64,000 nucleotides of DNA. Origin: Obrimoposthia wandeli (Eukaryota). Shown one piece after another: positions 63,876 through 64,000 of this stretch. The stretch spans positions 62,001 to 126,000 of the forward strand of contig CDROCS010002801.1 in the NCBI GenBank assembly GCA_977020255.1, in the 5' to 3' direction. The notes beneath the pieces were generated by a model. It made no database searches. It worked only from the letters and a program-made list of their open reading frames with translations, and had not been told where the DNA came from. Each line of letters starts with the position of its first letter. The first letter of the stretch is position 1. Made by a program: the position numbers and the translations under genes.

Positions 63876-64000
63876 CTAATCGTTTTGCAACGATAACCAT
63901 AAAATACATAAATGTCCACAGTTTTTCGTCGCAGGATCCTGATATTGTATCTTGTTGTAAAATACTCTTCTTCGTCCTTTTTGAATAGTTGAAACAAGTT
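63876..64000 (-). CDS. C-terminus of an adenain-type cysteine protease (Polinton PRO), partial: ...RRVFYNKIQYQDPATKNCGHLCILWLSLQND*
   Basis: NxxQxQ....xCGxxC carries the oxyanion Gln and catalytic Cys of adenovirus/Polinton proteases. Convergent with PolB; cut by the window edge; not in the ORF track. Confidence 0.75.
   Translation of the reverse strand, partial: LVSTIQKGRRRVFYNKIQYQDPATKNCGHLCILWLSLQND

Larger units (their letters stand above)
54330..64000. mobile_element. Maverick/Polinton (adintovirus-like) element, partial; continues beyond the window, left boundary approximate
   Basis: Polinton-type protein-primed PolB, a convergent adenain-type protease C-terminus, a DxE exonuclease-like ORF and compact gene spacing. 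The left edge is inferred from a composition change and tgacct/aggtca-rich tandem motifs near 54570-54610. No TIR or TSD could be verified. Confidence 0.88.

Overview
AT-rich eukaryotic (invertebrate-type) genomic DNA; the taxon cannot be determined from the sequence alone. Bases ~1-52400 hold seven coding exons of one large plus-strand otopetrin (OTOP proton channel family) gene, whose 5' exons lie upstream of the window. The gene model was built by hand from GT-AG junctions and codon phase. It predicts an unusually long (~318 aa) C-terminal tail with a His tract after the last otopetrin motif. The 1.5-16.6 kb introns are full of decayed transposon remnants (Tigger/pogo, mariner, Tc1, hAT, Chapaev3-like, Helitron, L2 and other LINEs) and two tandem repeats. 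They also contain three host-gene fragments not obvious from the ORF track: a beta-tubulin N-terminal exon, a ubiquitin-like remnant and a mitochondrial HSP60 remnant. From ~54300 to the window end lies a Maverick/Polinton (adintovirus-like) element. It carries a protein-primed PolB, the C-terminus of an adenain-type protease, a DxE exonuclease-like ORF and two genes with short AT-rich introns. One of these is a protein built from exon-sized repeats; the other is a spliced Zn-finger/acidic-repeat region that runs in frame into the PolB N-terminus. All family assignments come from remembered motifs, not database searches.
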